Source: Amphiscolops sp. MND2022 (lineage: Eukaryota). From it: a stretch of 64,000 bases of DNA. Made by a program: the position numbers and the translations under genes. The first letter of the stretch is position 1. Each line of letters starts with the position of its first letter. Under the pieces are notes generated by a model. That model worked only from the letters and a program-made list of their open reading frames with translations, was not told the origin of the DNA and ran no database searches. Location of the stretch: the NCBI GenBank assembly GCA_964187785.1, contig OZ076409.1, forward strand, positions 46,316,001-46,380,000, read 5' to 3'. Shown here one piece after another: positions 49,893-64,000 of the stretch.

Positions 49893-52033
49893 TTTTTAGT
49901 CGGCGCTTCAAGAAGTGAAACCCGACTATTATAGTGACTTTTTTCTTTTTTTCAATCCACACGAACCGGCCAAAGTAGTTCTTGATAATTCTATGAAAGT
50001 TTTATTATCCCAAATTGAATCACTTGGCCTAGCGAACTGAACCAAAAAAGTTTTTCCTCTTTTTCTGCGTAACATGCAGTACCGGAAGAGACTGAAGGAT
50101 CCCCTTCAAGTTTTTTTGACATTGTGAGACTTTTTTTCGAAACAAAATCCCCAAAAGGTCCCCATTCAATTTTTTGATGTTTTGCAACAATGGATTTTAA
50201 AAATCCAAAAGGGTTCCCCTCTTAGTTTTGTCGGAATTGTGAGACGTTTTTTGAAAAAAAACCTCACCAAAGTGACCCCCTTCAAATTTGTGATGTTTTG
50301 CAACAATGGATGTTAAAAAATACGAAAGGGTCCCCCTTTCAGTTTGGTCGGCATTGTGAGACTTTTTTTTCGAAAAAAATTTCATCATGAAAGGGTCCCC
50401 TTTCAATTTTTAGATGTTTTGCAACGATGGATGTTAAAAATCTGAAAAGATACCCCCGGCGCGGAAAATTGGTCAAACTTCTTGGGTATTTCAGGTACTG
50501 AATACTTGTAAGGAATACTTGTTAAGTAAGGAATACTTGACAGTTTGAAATCCTTTTGCTATTTCTGAGCCTTAGATATGGCGCCGACTTATGCCGTTTC
50601 CGGCTTGCCTTCTACACGAACTGACCAAAATAGTTCTTAAAAGTTCTACGATACTTTTAGGTGTCAAATTGGACCATTTGGCCCAGGAACTTAACCAAAA
50701 GAGTTGTTCCGTTTTTTTTTCAGCGCAACATACAAAACCGGGCGAGACTAAAGGGTCCCTTCTAGTTTTTTTGGCATTGTGAGACTTTTTCAAAAAATTT
50801 TAAATGACTTTAAAGGGTCCCCCTTCAATTCTTTTTGATATTCAAGACAAATCCCCGGCGCGCCAATTTGGTCCAATGTTTGGGTTTTTCGGGTACTGTA
50901 AAAGAGAATACTTGACACTTAGAGATTTAGATATGACGCCGACTTATGCCGCTCCCGGCTTGTTCCTGATACAACGGAGGCGGCTGGAAGGTGTCTAGTT
51001 CTTTTGAAATAGGGGCGCAGTTTTTGAAATAGAGATAGGATGTTTCCATGAAAAACTCCTGTTTTCAAACATCTGCCTCCTCCTTGCTATACCGCAGTAT
51101 AGTTTGGGTATAAGGTCAAAAGTTCGGATATAGCACTTTACTCCAGATATTACGAGGGATATTACACCAAAAAAAAAAGAAAGAAGGGACCCTTTAGTCC
51201 CGTGCGGTTTTGTATGCTGCGTTTAAAAAGTAGAAAAAAAGGGGTTCCAGCTTGTTTAAATTTCAACAATTTTTTGGACCAGTTGCAACGGGGACATTTT
51301 GGTGTCCTTTCCTTTTGCAAACAATAAAATTTTTGGTTTAAGGCGAGAATGGAACCTACGTACTCCCGTCAACAGGACGGGAAATCCGCGTTAACCAAGT
51401 GGCAGTCAGAAGTTGCTAGCTTTGCCATAATAGAAGAACTTGTAAAACTATTTTGGCAACTTAAGGTGTATCGAAAGAAACTGACGGAAAGCCATGGCTA
51501 TAGACGACTCTTTTCTAAAGAAGAGCGCCAATTTAAAATGACGCAAACCTTTGATACATTGATCATGAATGGTGAGCAAGTTCAAAACTTCCTACACAAA
51601 GTTACAGATTTGTTACTGTTACAGTCACTAGTTTTTTTTGAAAGACCAACTTGAAGCGACGAACGTTAACGCTTAGTATGTTCAATTAAAGGAACTTCAA
51701 CCAATACCCAGCAAACGCATCTAACTTATTTCGAAGGGTTTCCTTTTTGATTTTTACTATTTAAACGTAACCTACAAAACCAGAGAGGACTAAAGGGTCC
51801 CCCTTTCATTTTTTTGGCGCTGTGCAACTTTTTTTGAAACTTTTTTGCCTCCAAAGGGTCCACCCTTTGGTTTTTTACTTTTTAAACGTAGCCTACAAAA
51901 CCGGATGATTGTAAAGGGTCCCCTTTTCTGTTTTTTCGGCACTGTGCGACTTTTTCTTGAAAATTATTTTGTATTCGAAGGGTCCCCCTTCGTTTTTATT
52001 TGAGCCTTAGATATGAAACGTTCCCGTCTTGTT
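49893..52033 (-). mobile_element. Same high-copy repeat family, mostly in the opposite orientation
   Basis: tttttagtcggcgc..., GGGTCCC units, gagccttagatatg...cttgtt ends. Confidence 0.6.
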
Positions 52034-52179
52034 TGAACATTCATCATCATTGCAGAAACCACCTCAACCTCACAACGCAAAAATACTTCAAATACTTCTT
52101 ATTTAAAGGTCTCACCTTGAAAAGCCCGCCTGGTTATTGGAGGTCTTTTTGGGATATGCCTTAACTTTGTAAAGTCATG

Positions 52180-53001
52180 CAATTAAAAAATAAAAGTGTT
52201 TTTGAATGCAAGACTCTTGTAAAATAAATTATAACCATTGGACCATCTTTGTACATAGAAAACGCAAAAAAAGTGTGTCAAAGGAAGTCTGAATTCCAAG
52301 GTACGGGTGTTCATTGAGAGTTTCTGAAGTTGGGATCTTATATTCACACTGCAGCAAAAACAAATATACACCATCAAATAGTGTACAAATCCAAGGCTGC
52401 ATGCAGAGAGTTAAAATTTTCTATTTTGCATAGAACAGGAAACATTTACACTAACTTTTGCTACTTGACAGAAACAGAAATTGAAGTAATGAAACAGTTA
52501 CACTTTGAATTTTCACAAAAGTTCCAAAAATTCCTTACCAAGGCTGATGCCCTGTTTCCAGGTGAGGAGTCAATTACAACAACACAGAGTGTAGTGATTT
52601 GTGAAATTATGGCTAAATTTTTTCAACATTACAGCTTTCCGTTTCAATCCATATCTTGCAAAAAATCTTGGGATACGTATTATGACAAGAATAAAACGAA
52701 CTGAGACGACACTTTGAATAAACTTTATGAGAGCAGTACTGCCAGTGGCCGTAGCTCTAAGACCAGAAAAGATCACTATTCAGCTCTCCCAACAGATGCA
52801 GAATTGAAAGATTTGTTTGCAAAACAGTTCGAAAGCAAACTAAAGTTTCAAAAAAAAGAATCTAATGAAATTTTGTCTGAAGGTAGACAAAATACAGAAA
52901 GTGTTTTAACGTATCAGGAGATGGAATCAAACACCAGTCTTGACAAAGTCTACACGGTAAACTCGAACTCTAAAAATACTTTTTGTATCGTTCAGACGTA
53001 G
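52180..53001 (+). pseudogene. Decayed unclassified ORF, possibly from a large DNA element
   Basis: Adjacent in-frame ORFs 52330-52704 and 52714-53001 separated by one stop; no recognisable domain. Confidence 0.3.
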
Positions 53002-55677
53002 TGTAAACGTTTGTATACGCATTCTTACTTTGTTTTGAAAAGTTAAAAAGAAAGAGAGGCGAAAAAAGGGCAATCGCAAAAATTAATTCAAGAATTGTCC
53101 TATATTTAGAATTTTCAAGTCATATATTGTCTGATAATCGAGAACCAAAATCATTTAGAGTTTAATAATTAGAATATTGAGAAAGTAATCAGGCCATAAT
53201 TGTAGAATGAAAATTGAAAAGGAACAATGTAGAACGCTGTTATAACTGCTGTCTAGTAGAGGGAATGAAATGAACAACGACTGAGAAGTGTTACGGAAGA
53301 ATAATGATGTGACGTGACCTTCGATATTCCTCACTGGACGGACACAAAGAATATAATAATATCATTAAACACGTAATGAATGTTTTCAGCCTTGAAACAA
53401 ATGTTAATCAAGAGTTATACATTTGGAAAGTTTTGCAATTATCATCTTATGCCACCTAACTATATATTTATTTTTTGAGGAACGAAACTCTTGCTGTTTT
53501 GAAATATTTGCAAGTTAAATGTTTTAGCGGGGTCTTAGAGAGTCTAGCGTGTCAGAGGGAGTCTGAATAATATTAACAATTTGGACTTAGAGTGTCTATT
53601 AAAAGTTATTATATTTAATATTATTAATATGATAAGATTAACAGTAACGATTCTGTAAATGTACAAAAACTCCTCTCAAGAAAACATTTTTTCATGAGCA
53701 GGAAGAGTCCTTCCCGTCTGAATGTTTCGACTAATGAAATGTATGCTGTACCCGGTTTGTTCAACGATACTCAGATTCTATACGTCCCGACACCTGGCTG
53801 CCTGAGGCTCAACTTTTTGAAACGATACCGTTTTATTTGAAAGTTTCCATGTAGACTATCGACCATTTTGAGTCTTTCAATTTTGAAAGAGGCTTGGAAA
53901 AAGGTAATCCTTAAACGTGAGAGAACATCAGTAACTCTACAAACTTTGACAGTGTTTGGTTTTTTTAACAAGGCTACGAGTTACAGTGAGGAAATTTGAA
54001 AAAAAATCTCAAAATTCACAGAAGAGTAAAAAAAATTCGGTTGTTTTTGCTCTCATTGTTTCTCCCATGGGTATACCTCTCTCTAAATCTTATGGGCGTT
54101 TTCTCATTAATGCTTTGGTTTTCTCACATTTATAATCATTTCATAACAGTCACAATTCGGAGTTTATCATGAATGAACAATTCCTGAGAATATCAGAGCT
54201 ATCAGTAGAAAGATGCAGTCAGCCAACTAAAATATGCGTTAACTTGGTAGCTTTTCTGATTATCTGATTGAAAGTTGAGTTGCAGTCTACTTCGTTTTGT
54301 GCATGAAAACTCTCATATTGTTCATTTGAAGTTTTCCAACAAACTTGCGATCTGTTAAGGGGACCGAATACCATGGAATTCGCATTATGTTAAATGGTTG
54401 AAGAAATCGAGAGCTATTTCTTCTAAAAAATATTCAGTGGTTTCGAATTTTACTCATTCGTGGTAAATTATTCAGTCGGTATTTTTTATTGACACTTGGT
54501 TTATTTCTCATTTTATCTTTCACACTGATTGACAAACTTTGTTTAAAAGTTTTGCTGTACCAAGAAACAGTCCATACGGGCATTTCGAGCAGAATTCAGG
54601 GCATTTATCGCGTTGCATTTGCTTACAATGTCGAAACAAAAGCGCAGGATGGCTGTCTGGTGCAAACATTTAATTGAAACAAAACCAACCGTCCTTATAC
54701 TTTTTGACCAAACAATAAAATATTGAAGTTACCCTCTTTGCAAAAGTCTCAAAAAGCGAAAGACGTGCTATCATAACTTACGCATTGCACTTTTATTCTA
54801 ATACCGACTCTCTAGATAAATTTTGCCAGTTGTGTGCGGCGTCTCTAACTGGGAAAAGAAACTTTATTACTGCTGGATTCCTGTGTTTGTATCCTGGGGC
54901 TGTGAGAAGACTACAGCAGAGAGCTGCTTGTTTATTTATCTTTCAAACATACTCTCAAAGACTTCCTCTGAGAAGTTGCAACCATGACAAAGAACCTCAG
55001 GCTACTCTACAGATCCCCTCTCTGCTTTCTGTCCCTTTCTTCTCCCTTTTCTATGTCGTCACTTCAGCTCCAACTTCGGTCATTCTGTTGCTCCCTCAGC
55101 TTCTTTTCCTCACTCACAAACTTGAGCAGCTCCCGGCGTGAACAGACCAAGAATTCACGCACGGATCACACAAATCATTCGACGGGGCGAAATTGTAATT
55201 TGCCAATGAGCTGAGCGTAATTACGAAATTATGCAAAAGACAATGTTTTTTGAAGCAATGTTGAGCATTTTTTTCAAGCATTATTTTAACTAGGAAAGGC
55301 GCGTTCTCAAGTTCACATGTCTGTGTTATTATAAGCTTCAGAATTTATATTAACAAACGAATATCAGATAAATTGAAGAAGAATGTTATTTATTTATTTA
55401 ATAATGTAAAATTATACAATAAGAGAAATAGGTTTATTTAAAAGCATAATATTTATGAGCCCGTGAAACTAGAAAAATACACAGAACGCATTGATTCCAC
55501 AATTGACTCAATAGATTCTGCGAAAGAAGCGGTGTTAATTATCTCTTCTAAAAATTTGCTTTAGAGAGATCTTTGATACAAGGAATTTGGCCAGTTTATT
55601 GCAGCCAATTTGATGAGCCAAATTTGAGGTGAGTTTTTCATTTCTGCGTCACAATATTTTTTTCATTTAAAAAACTT

Positions 55678-55897
55678 GGATCTTTTCTGTTAATTCCCCC
55701 CACAGTAAGTGAGAAAATTTTAATTCCACACCCCTGGGGGGAGCAGCGATGAATTTCAGTTGCAGTTAGAGTTATAAAATACTGCAATTTGGTTGGTTGT
55801 TACTATTAATTCAATGATACTTGACCGCTTAACTGGGGGGGAATAAATTGGGGGGGGATAAATTTGGGGGGGGGGGGGGTGTTAACAGAAAAGATCC
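55678..55897. mobile_element. MITE
   Basis: TIRs ggatcttttctgttaa / ttaacagaaaagatcc, 8-bp TSD AAAAACTT. Confidence 0.8.
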
Positions 55898-58801
55898 AAA
55901 AACTTTTTTCATTTTTCCTTACCAATTTGTAAATCGTATTTTGCCAATTTTGCTCTTTGTGTACACCTTTGATAGTGGCTCAAATGACTAAATTTGTTTG
56001 CTAAATTGTTCGAAGTATTCATTTCAACCTCAAAAACTTGAAGCAAGCGAAAACAGTACTTGAAATTGATACCTTACTTCAAAAAGCGTCATTAATACTC
56101 TGATTGAAGGTGGTTCAAAAGTGCACGAAGCCTAATTCAGAGACTGGAAAATTTTTACACATCAGAAATCTGTAAATTTGCAAAAAACACGAGAACTTTG
56201 ACTGCATCATTTTTTACGCGATCTTTCAATCTTGTTCCCAATTTTCTGGAACTCGAGATAAGCAAAAAAATATAGTTCATCATATTAAAGAGTTTCCGGA
56301 GTAAGAAACAACGCCGAAAACGCCCTGCTTAAAACTCGAAACGTTTCTTATTTTTGTTCAGTCAATAAGACAGTTTCGAGGCAGAAAACGGAAAATCTCA
56401 ATGTCAAAACTTTCCGACACTTTGGGGACCCTTTGGGCTGTAAAAGACTTTCTTTTGACAAAAGCATGAAAAAATAAAAAGGGACTGTTTGAAGAAGATA
56501 AAAATTGCATCGTTCTGAAACAAAACCAAACGAGAATCCTTTGGTCTCGTCCAGTTTTATATCGAGGGTTTTTCTTGAAAGAAACGTAGACTAATCAGTG
56601 TCTGTCATAAATAGCACAGTATGATTCCAGGCTAATCTGAGTATGAGCAAACAAACCTATGGTGAACAGGCTTATCCATTCACTGGGAATACTGTTTATA
56701 GTTTAAAAAAACTGAGCCTGCATCATTTATGGTTCGGTTTATGGTTAGTTTGGTTCAATGACTGGTATATTACGATATAAAAGCCCGTTAAGGCACTCCG
56801 AGAGATGATTCGTTAAGCACTTCTTGACCAATTTTCGACACAAGTTTCTCAATCCAATTTTCACAAATTTAGTCCTTCATGTGCCTCTATACATCTTATA
56901 GACTGATGTGCTTGATAGCTGCTGATCAACCAAAACATGATGCATTTCAATTTTTCACGACGACGAGGCAAGAACATTTTTCAATGTCACAAGTTACATT
57001 TTTCATCTTCCCCATAACCGAATAAGTTGAGAGGAATAAATTGCAACAAGAAAATCATTACTACAAAACATGGTCTGACGAATGCTTTGTTTTGACTGAA
57101 AAGTTCAAAATTACGCTGTAAACGGTTGCTTCCAAACTTTGATTTTTCTTGTAGAAGAACACTGGCTGCTAGATGATTTTGAAGAAAAAACAGCGAGAAG
57201 TAGACTGCAATACACTGCGGCATTTAAGTGTGCGGCATCTGTATTCAATTCGAAGGAACTTGACTTGTAAGGAAAAGTTGAAGGCACACGAATTCAATTA
57301 CATGTTAAAACCAATATTCTCTACAAAATTGGTTGACGGCGAAGGTATCGTCGAAACCGTTTAGTGTATCAATAAAAATTGGTATTTTTTGCATCACCAT
57401 TAGATGGCCAAACATCGGAAAACTGAAAAAATTGACACCTATTGTCTCAGTTCAGGCACTTTCAAAAACAAACAGTATAAATCTCCTCATCAAACTATAC
57501 AGAAAAGGTCATTGTATACATAAAGTATTGTACAAATTGTACAAAAATTGCCTAAAGCGTTAGAAGATTGGAAACTTTGCCACTTTCTGGTTCTTCTCAG
57601 GCTTGTTTCCAAACGAAATTGTTTTTCTTTGAACAAAAGTTTACTAGAGATGTTCAAATTTGTGAAGTCTCATACTCACAAAACATCCAAATTGTACACC
57701 ACTTGCATTAAACAGTAAAGAATTGAGAACAAAGAACTTTTGCTATTTCTGAGGGGTCGATGCCGAGTAAGCAGTTATCTTAAGGTAAGTGCTTAGGCAG
57801 CGCTTACCGTATCACAAAAACAAGCTAGGGAACCACATTTGTGAGGCCAAGGAACATTCAACTCGAAGCTGTGATTTCGAAGGGACTTCGTAAAGGTTTC
57901 GAAGGTCTGATTGCTGGCCGTTGCTCTTTTTTGTTTGATTTTTCAGCCAAATGATTTCGTTTTTGTCAAGACCATACCACGAAGCTACGGATGAATGGCT
58001 TGGTCAAGACCCTACAAGATTAGTTCAGAGAGAGCCCAACACTTTGAGTTTTTGGTTCCTCATAAATGTTCCCTCTCATCCTAAACCTACTTATTTCTCT
58101 TCAACCAAAGATGTTTTCAACAAAAATAAAAATTTGTTTTTCTATTCTCTTGTTTTTCTACAGAAACATCCAAACAATGTTTAAATTATCAACGGACATT
58201 TTTGGCTCTATTCAGCCTTTTTTGAAAAACTTCTATTCTTATCACTGCAAAAGCATGCCAAGTAACCTAAAAGTTCCTTTTCAACTTTTTGGTCATCCAT
58301 ACGCACGAAGAAAAATCAAGAACTTGTACACAATTGAAAAAAAGAATCAAAACGTTCTGGCCTTCCTAGCATTTTTAGGCTTTTTTCCACCAATATCAAA
58401 TTCTTCAAAATAATTGATAAAATTTCGTCTTTTGGTTATAAAATGGGAACATGGCGAACTTACCTTAAACAACGCAGCTAAATTGTTTTGTTTCCCACAA
58501 AAAATATAGACAAAAAACAATTTGAGAAATTCTACAGTTGCCTTGAACTCAATGTGTTATCATCTCGCAAACTTGACACAAACTTTCGAAACTTGAAGAA
58601 TCGAACGTCAATCTTTGAAGAAAAAAAAATTTTGGAATATCTTTTCCATTATCTCGCAATCATTGCCAGACCTTCTCAGCAAAAGACGATATATTTGGAT
58701 TTGCTCGGGAATGTTTCTAAATACATCAAAATGTTGATTTTTTTCTAGAAACCTCACCAAGGGTTAAATGATTAGAGAAAATAGGTGCATACACTCTGAA
58801 T

Positions 58802-59258
58802 CAGGGGTGTGACAGCGGCCTCCAAAACCGCTGTTCGCTATCGCCTCTAACTAGGGCTGTCGTCGCTAACTTGGGCTGTCGCTAATCGCTAAGACCGCTA
58901 TTTTGGGTGCCGCTTTCGCTAACGCTCTCGCTAATTAAAAAATCTGATTTTCAAGATATTCATTCAGAAATTTCAGAATGGTATTTTACAAATAACAAGT
59001 TTTGAGAAAAAATTGGGCAAAATCTATTTCGCCTTGGGTTCACACTGCATAACCGTTCGGAAGGAAATGAAAGCCAAGCCACAGCAAATATGATGTGTCA
59101 AGTTTTTCCCATTAAATTATTACATTAGTTAATTTTCAATTCTTTTAGCGAATAAAAATGTTCGCTAACGCTTTAAATTGTCGCTAACTATCGCTATCGC
59201 TAATTCATGATGAATTGTCGCTAACGCTACCGCTATCGCTATCGCTGTCACACCTCCG
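58802..59258. mobile_element. hAT-type MITE
   Basis: TIRs caggggtgtgacagcg / cgctgtcacacctccg, 8-bp TSD CTCTGAAT, subterminal CGCTA repeats. Confidence 0.88.
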
Positions 59259-62200
59259 CTCTGAATACAACGGCTGATGGTGTTTTAGTCATCAAACAAG
59301 TGTTCAGTATCAGAATCAAAACGCGAGTGAACCAAATTAAACAAAATAAAAGATAAGATGAAGTCAAAAATTTGGAAAAAGTAGTTCATCAAATGTAATG
59401 TGTCAATAAGACTCTCCGGGGGCCCTAATTCTGAAAATCAATTTTTTTGGGTGCACTTCAACCTTACTGAGGGCCTACTTACTTTTCCAGAGGCGGTTTT
59501 GAACATCGAGCCCGGTGTGCGTAAACTCCACGATGCCCAACGGACAGTTCTCTTTCAGGATACACACAAGATCTTCTTTCATCGGTGCACCTCCATTTCG
59601 GTCGTTTTCAATTTCGGTCGTTCACTCATTTGCGAGGAAAACTCTTGAAGCAGGCGTTGCCAGAGATTATTTAGAAAGTCCTGAGAGCGGCTCCACGAAG
59701 TCTGAGGAGAAGAATCGCTCCCTGAAATTAGCAGCAATAAGTGGCTTGGTGCAATGGGTGGTGCATCTAAATGCTAACCTTCACGCGTTCCATCAGACTG
59801 CCAACATTCGTGGGAATTAAGTGTGTTTGTTGAGGTTCCCATGCAGTATCAGTGTTCGGAATAGCACCGGCGTGAGCCTTAATAAATTGATGCGGACTTG
59901 AACCCCAATTCATGCAGTTTCTGTCGCCGCTTTTTGTGAACAAAAATGCTCAACTCCCAAAGTCACTAGATTTTTTCTCCTAGCCTTAGACCCCTTCCTG
60001 GAAGGCTCATTTTTTACAGAACTTCTATAGGCCTTACTACCTTTCTAGAAAGCAATATCGGCTGCTTCCAAAGGGTACCACTTTTGGCAACCATGATTTT
60101 GAAAGTTTTTTGGTACTAGACAACTCAGAAGGTTTGGTTTTATGGATTTTTTTTCGGCATTTTGACACTTTTGTGTCCTAAATTTTTCGACTTATTTGTT
60201 ATTTTCATTTTCTGCAACCAACTGGATATTTGAAGAAACTCAAAGAGTCCCCTATATTGGGTGATTTGGCACTCTGAGATTTTTTTGAAAAGTTGTTAGT
60301 TATGCTTGAAAGGTAGAGAAAATATCGGAAGGCCCTTTTCTTCTCTTGAGCTTTTCAGTACTATGCAACTTTTCCGTAGAAACAGCGGAGTTGTCCTCCT
60401 TCAACCTTTCACACAAAGAAAGGGTTCGCTCTTTCGCGAGCATAGGGGGTTGCTAAGAGTCTTCGGCATCATGGGACATTTCATCGAATAACAAGTCTTC
60501 ACTCAATTTTTGGGTATTTGAGGTTTTCTGTTGAAGAAGTGTGTTTTCCAAGTCTTAAAGGTGACATCGTCGGCTGTTTGTTTTTTCGTTTATTCCAGTG
60601 GGATTGATTAGAGTTTTCTCAAACCCCTGTGAAAAAAGCAACGGTTTTTTTGACACTATGCGACTTTGTTTGAGTGAAAACAAGCTCGATTTGTTTTCAA
60701 AAAGTAGATTGTTAGGATGTTTTCAGTTCAAAAAAAGCTTTTTTTCGGGTCTCAAGGGCACCTCTTTGGGTAATTCTTGCACTGTTTGATAAACGTACAA
60801 TATCATTAGTTGGGCCATTAAATGTTCAAACGCTTCGCACATTCTGAACTTTGAGCGGGGTTGTTCCCGGCTTGTTACAGATAAAAATAGGTTGCGTTTC
60901 TTATACTGAAATTGTTCAGGTGTGACTTTCTGGTTGACAATCACCGGATGATCTATGGAATCCATTCGACTCAAAATGACTTCCAAATCATCCGGCTCTG
61001 GTGAAAATCTTTGAAAGAGTTAATTACAGAACGTTGGGTCGTCCTTGCTGTCCAGAGTGGCTGTCAGACTGAATTCAAAAACCTCGAGAAGCCCCAGTGA
61101 CGCTTGAACAATTTTACCAGCTTAAATACCATTTTTTTTCGGAAAAAGAGTGGAAGTTGGAGTCATTGAAAACAGGATATCAAAAAATTGGGGACTATTT
61201 TCGATATGTCAGGGCACATGCTGATTTCAATTTTCGGAGAAATTGTGGCAGGCAAAGTTCTTTTTTGGTATTTTGGTTGTTGAAGTACATCGTCGTTTTA
61301 ATATCATGGCGTCATTTTATAAAGTTTAGAGTTCGAGTTGTTAATGAGTCAGTAACACACTCACTCGTTATTTTCTTGAACAATTAAATATTTGTCTAGA
61401 TGTGATGAGTTTTCAAGTTATAATATTCCATTCCATTAATATTTCGAAATTTTTTCGAAAGCTGCGTTTCTGAGAAGTATTAGGGTATTAAGCCTGATCT
61501 GTTCGCAAGCCGCCATGGTCGAAAACTCTCCTTTGAAATGACTGTCTTTGAAAATCTTGTTTTGGCATTTGTTGTTTTTAATGCCAGAAATTGTTTTCAA
61601 TAAAGAAAGTAAAAAAAAGTTTCCTAAACAATTTCATTAGTCATAAAATGGTTACAATAAAATTTGAACTGCTTGAATTTGCACTCATTCTTCTCCAAGA
61701 TATCGCCGGAAACAAACAAAATTCTTTTTGTGCGTTGACACTAAACTAAGTTCAAAATTGAAAAATGAAGATGATTCGAGAATCGGGAGTATTGTACGTT
61801 GACATTTTTCCCATCTATATTCTTGCTCACTGATTTTTTTAAATTTCAATTTATCATATAAGCAAAAAAATCTGCTTTTAATTTTTTTTCGAAAAACATG
61901 AACAGCATGCCATGAAACTGCAGGTTTAATTGCTTGGGTTTAAACTTGACACTGAGCACTTGATTTGATCTCTTACGGGTATCAGATGAAATTTGTAATT
62001 TCAACTTTCATCGCTAAGCTTGGCGAGTATTAATAGGCTGATTAGCTCAAGGAAATAAAAAAAATAAAATGGGCGAATCCATCGGCGAAAGCCACGGCTG
62101 CCCTTCGAAATTTCATGAGCTTCTGTTACCTGTAATCACGACAACGATCGTATTTTTTTGACAAACCGGTCAACTTAAAAGAGAAAAAACAAGTTATGAG

Positions 62201-64000
62201 TTTCATGAAGACGCTTTAAAAAGCTAGAACAACCTCGAAATGGATATCTGTTCTCATCAATAAATTTTAAGTATTTCCATTAAGTAGTTTTTTTTCCAAT
62301 TTTTGTAAACTTTGCCGATTTGCAAATGGAATTTCCCTAGTTTGATTTAATGAGCAAATCGATTTGCTCAGCGTGTTTATAAAGTGGCGTGTATATAAAG
62401 TACACGATATCTTGAATTTTGTTTTTTTTTCACCGACCACTCGTTTATTTCAAGCTACTCAAATGTTGAAGGAGTTCAACTATTTATACATAATTTCAAA
62501 TAAAAATCCAACAACCAAAGTTTGAATATAACTGATAGCGAAATATGGCACGTATTTATAGAATTAGACCCACTCTCAATGAAAACTGGTTGAAAATATT
62601 CAACAGATTACATTTCAGAATTCCTTCTCTGAAAAATAGCCTGGAGATTTCCATGCACTTGGGCCCAAGTAGTTCACGTGTGTGTGGGATGAAAAATATC
62701 CCTTGCAGGTTTGCAACTACACACTTTTGAGCCGCATGTTCTAAACGTCAAAGGAGAGGCGAAGTTCGAGCTCTATATGTTTCACAGCCGGCGGGCTGCA
62801 AAGGGCCATTTATAACAAAAGCGCCATAGGTGTATTTCAGTTATGGTTGTATATTGAAATTCTATTGAAGCGTCGATTAAATCATAAAAGTTGTTTTGAT
62901 AATTTTATCCCCTTTTCCCGTACCTCTCACGATTAACCCCTACAGCGACACCTCCGTGATTAAAATTTCACTCCTTTGTCCCCTCTATCACCTGAAGCAA
63001 AAAATTGGCGGTAACAAACATGTCAAACGAGCTATAACAAGTTATAACTAATTACTACTGATTAATAACTAACACGATCAGAGAAAGAGGAAACAAAAGA
63101 TTCCAACCGCTTGAACTGGAAAGGTATTTGTGGTAATCTGTGCTAACAAGACGATAACATCATTCACTGGTTTTACGCTTGTCTCTCAATCATGTCTTTC
63201 GCTACTTTTCCTCACAATTCAGACGTGATCACGTTACAGATTGTAAATATTTACACATGTAAGCAAGACCGAACCATTGATTAGCTGTCACTTTCAATTG
63301 ATTGACAGCCTCAGAACAAAAACTTCCGAAGGTGGTCAAACCAAGGTTCATAAATTTATCACCTTTGTCGAAAAATGAAGCTCAAGAATTGCCTGTTGAA
63401 ACAATTTCGGTACCCATTTATCAAATCTTAAGTTAAAATCAGATTTTCAAGCCTCAATTAGTCCAAAAAGTATTACTTTTTGGATGTTCATATATAAGGA
63501 TATATACATCAGATAACGTTCAAAGTTACATCATTTTTCAACAATTTTAGATTTTTTCACTTCACATCAAAGATTTCGATACTGGTCGCTGATATTGAAT
63601 TTTCAGCGCAAACAATGTCGACGTGGTTGTATTTGTTCTATACTTCGCGGAGCAAACATAAAACCTTACCTATTTTTTCCCTTTGATTATCATATAATTT
63701 ACGCTGTTTGCAATAAACCTTCTTTGGTTTATTCTGCACTGTGTCGACTTTTTAAATTTATATTCTTTCGTTTTTAGTCCGGACTTTATGAAATAAAACG
63801 CAACAAATACATTGGCTTTTTGTCCTGTTTTTTTTTATCTGGCTTTGAAAAACTTCTTACTGCATGGAAAGCGAAATTAATTGGTTCAAAAAACAACGAG
63901 ATTTAACAAAAAATGGGACTATATTTTTACAACAGAAATTTTTCTACTACCTATATTTTCATTACAGAAAACCAAAGATTTGTGGGATGCCATGCGGCGC

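Noticed and set aside
47030..50998. Many short Lys/Phe/Gly-rich ORFs
   Set aside because: By-products of the low-complexity GGGACCC repeat units.
51325..51400. tRNA-like sequence on the minus strand
   Set aside because: Only weak box-like motifs, embedded in repeat debris.
54831..55118. Small solo LTR (TG...CA; TATA-like and AATAAA on the minus strand)
   Set aside because: No TSD and no second copy in the window.
62925..62995. Minus-strand exon-like GDRGDKG fragment
   Set aside because: Too short, with no supporting neighbouring exons.

Overview
AT-rich, intron-containing animal DNA, most likely from an invertebrate; there is one 200-N assembly gap at 43302-43501. Two host kinase genes lie on the minus strand: a ~16-exon TBK1/IKK-epsilon-like gene (1165-12343) and an intronless PBK/TOPK-like gene (13662-14594). 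Most of the remainder is nested transposable elements: two decayed APE-type LINEs, a hAT transposon and several MITEs with 8-bp target-site duplications (TSDs), a PHD-finger CRE-like non-LTR element, a 1.6-kb solo LTR and a high-copy Helentron/DINE-1-like repeat. The most unusual feature is a ~15-kb Ty3/Gypsy element (~28066-43301). Between pol and the 3' LTR it carries ~7 kb of extra cargo: (i) a spliced antisense gene resembling a catalytically dead hAT transposase with a BED-like zinc finger, (ii) an intact 352-aa orphan ORF reading into the 3' LTR, and (iii) phased ~33-bp arrays of a GACTATRCGKCAYTATGCGG-like motif that also occurs in both LTRs. All homology calls come from motif recognition by eye; no searches were run.
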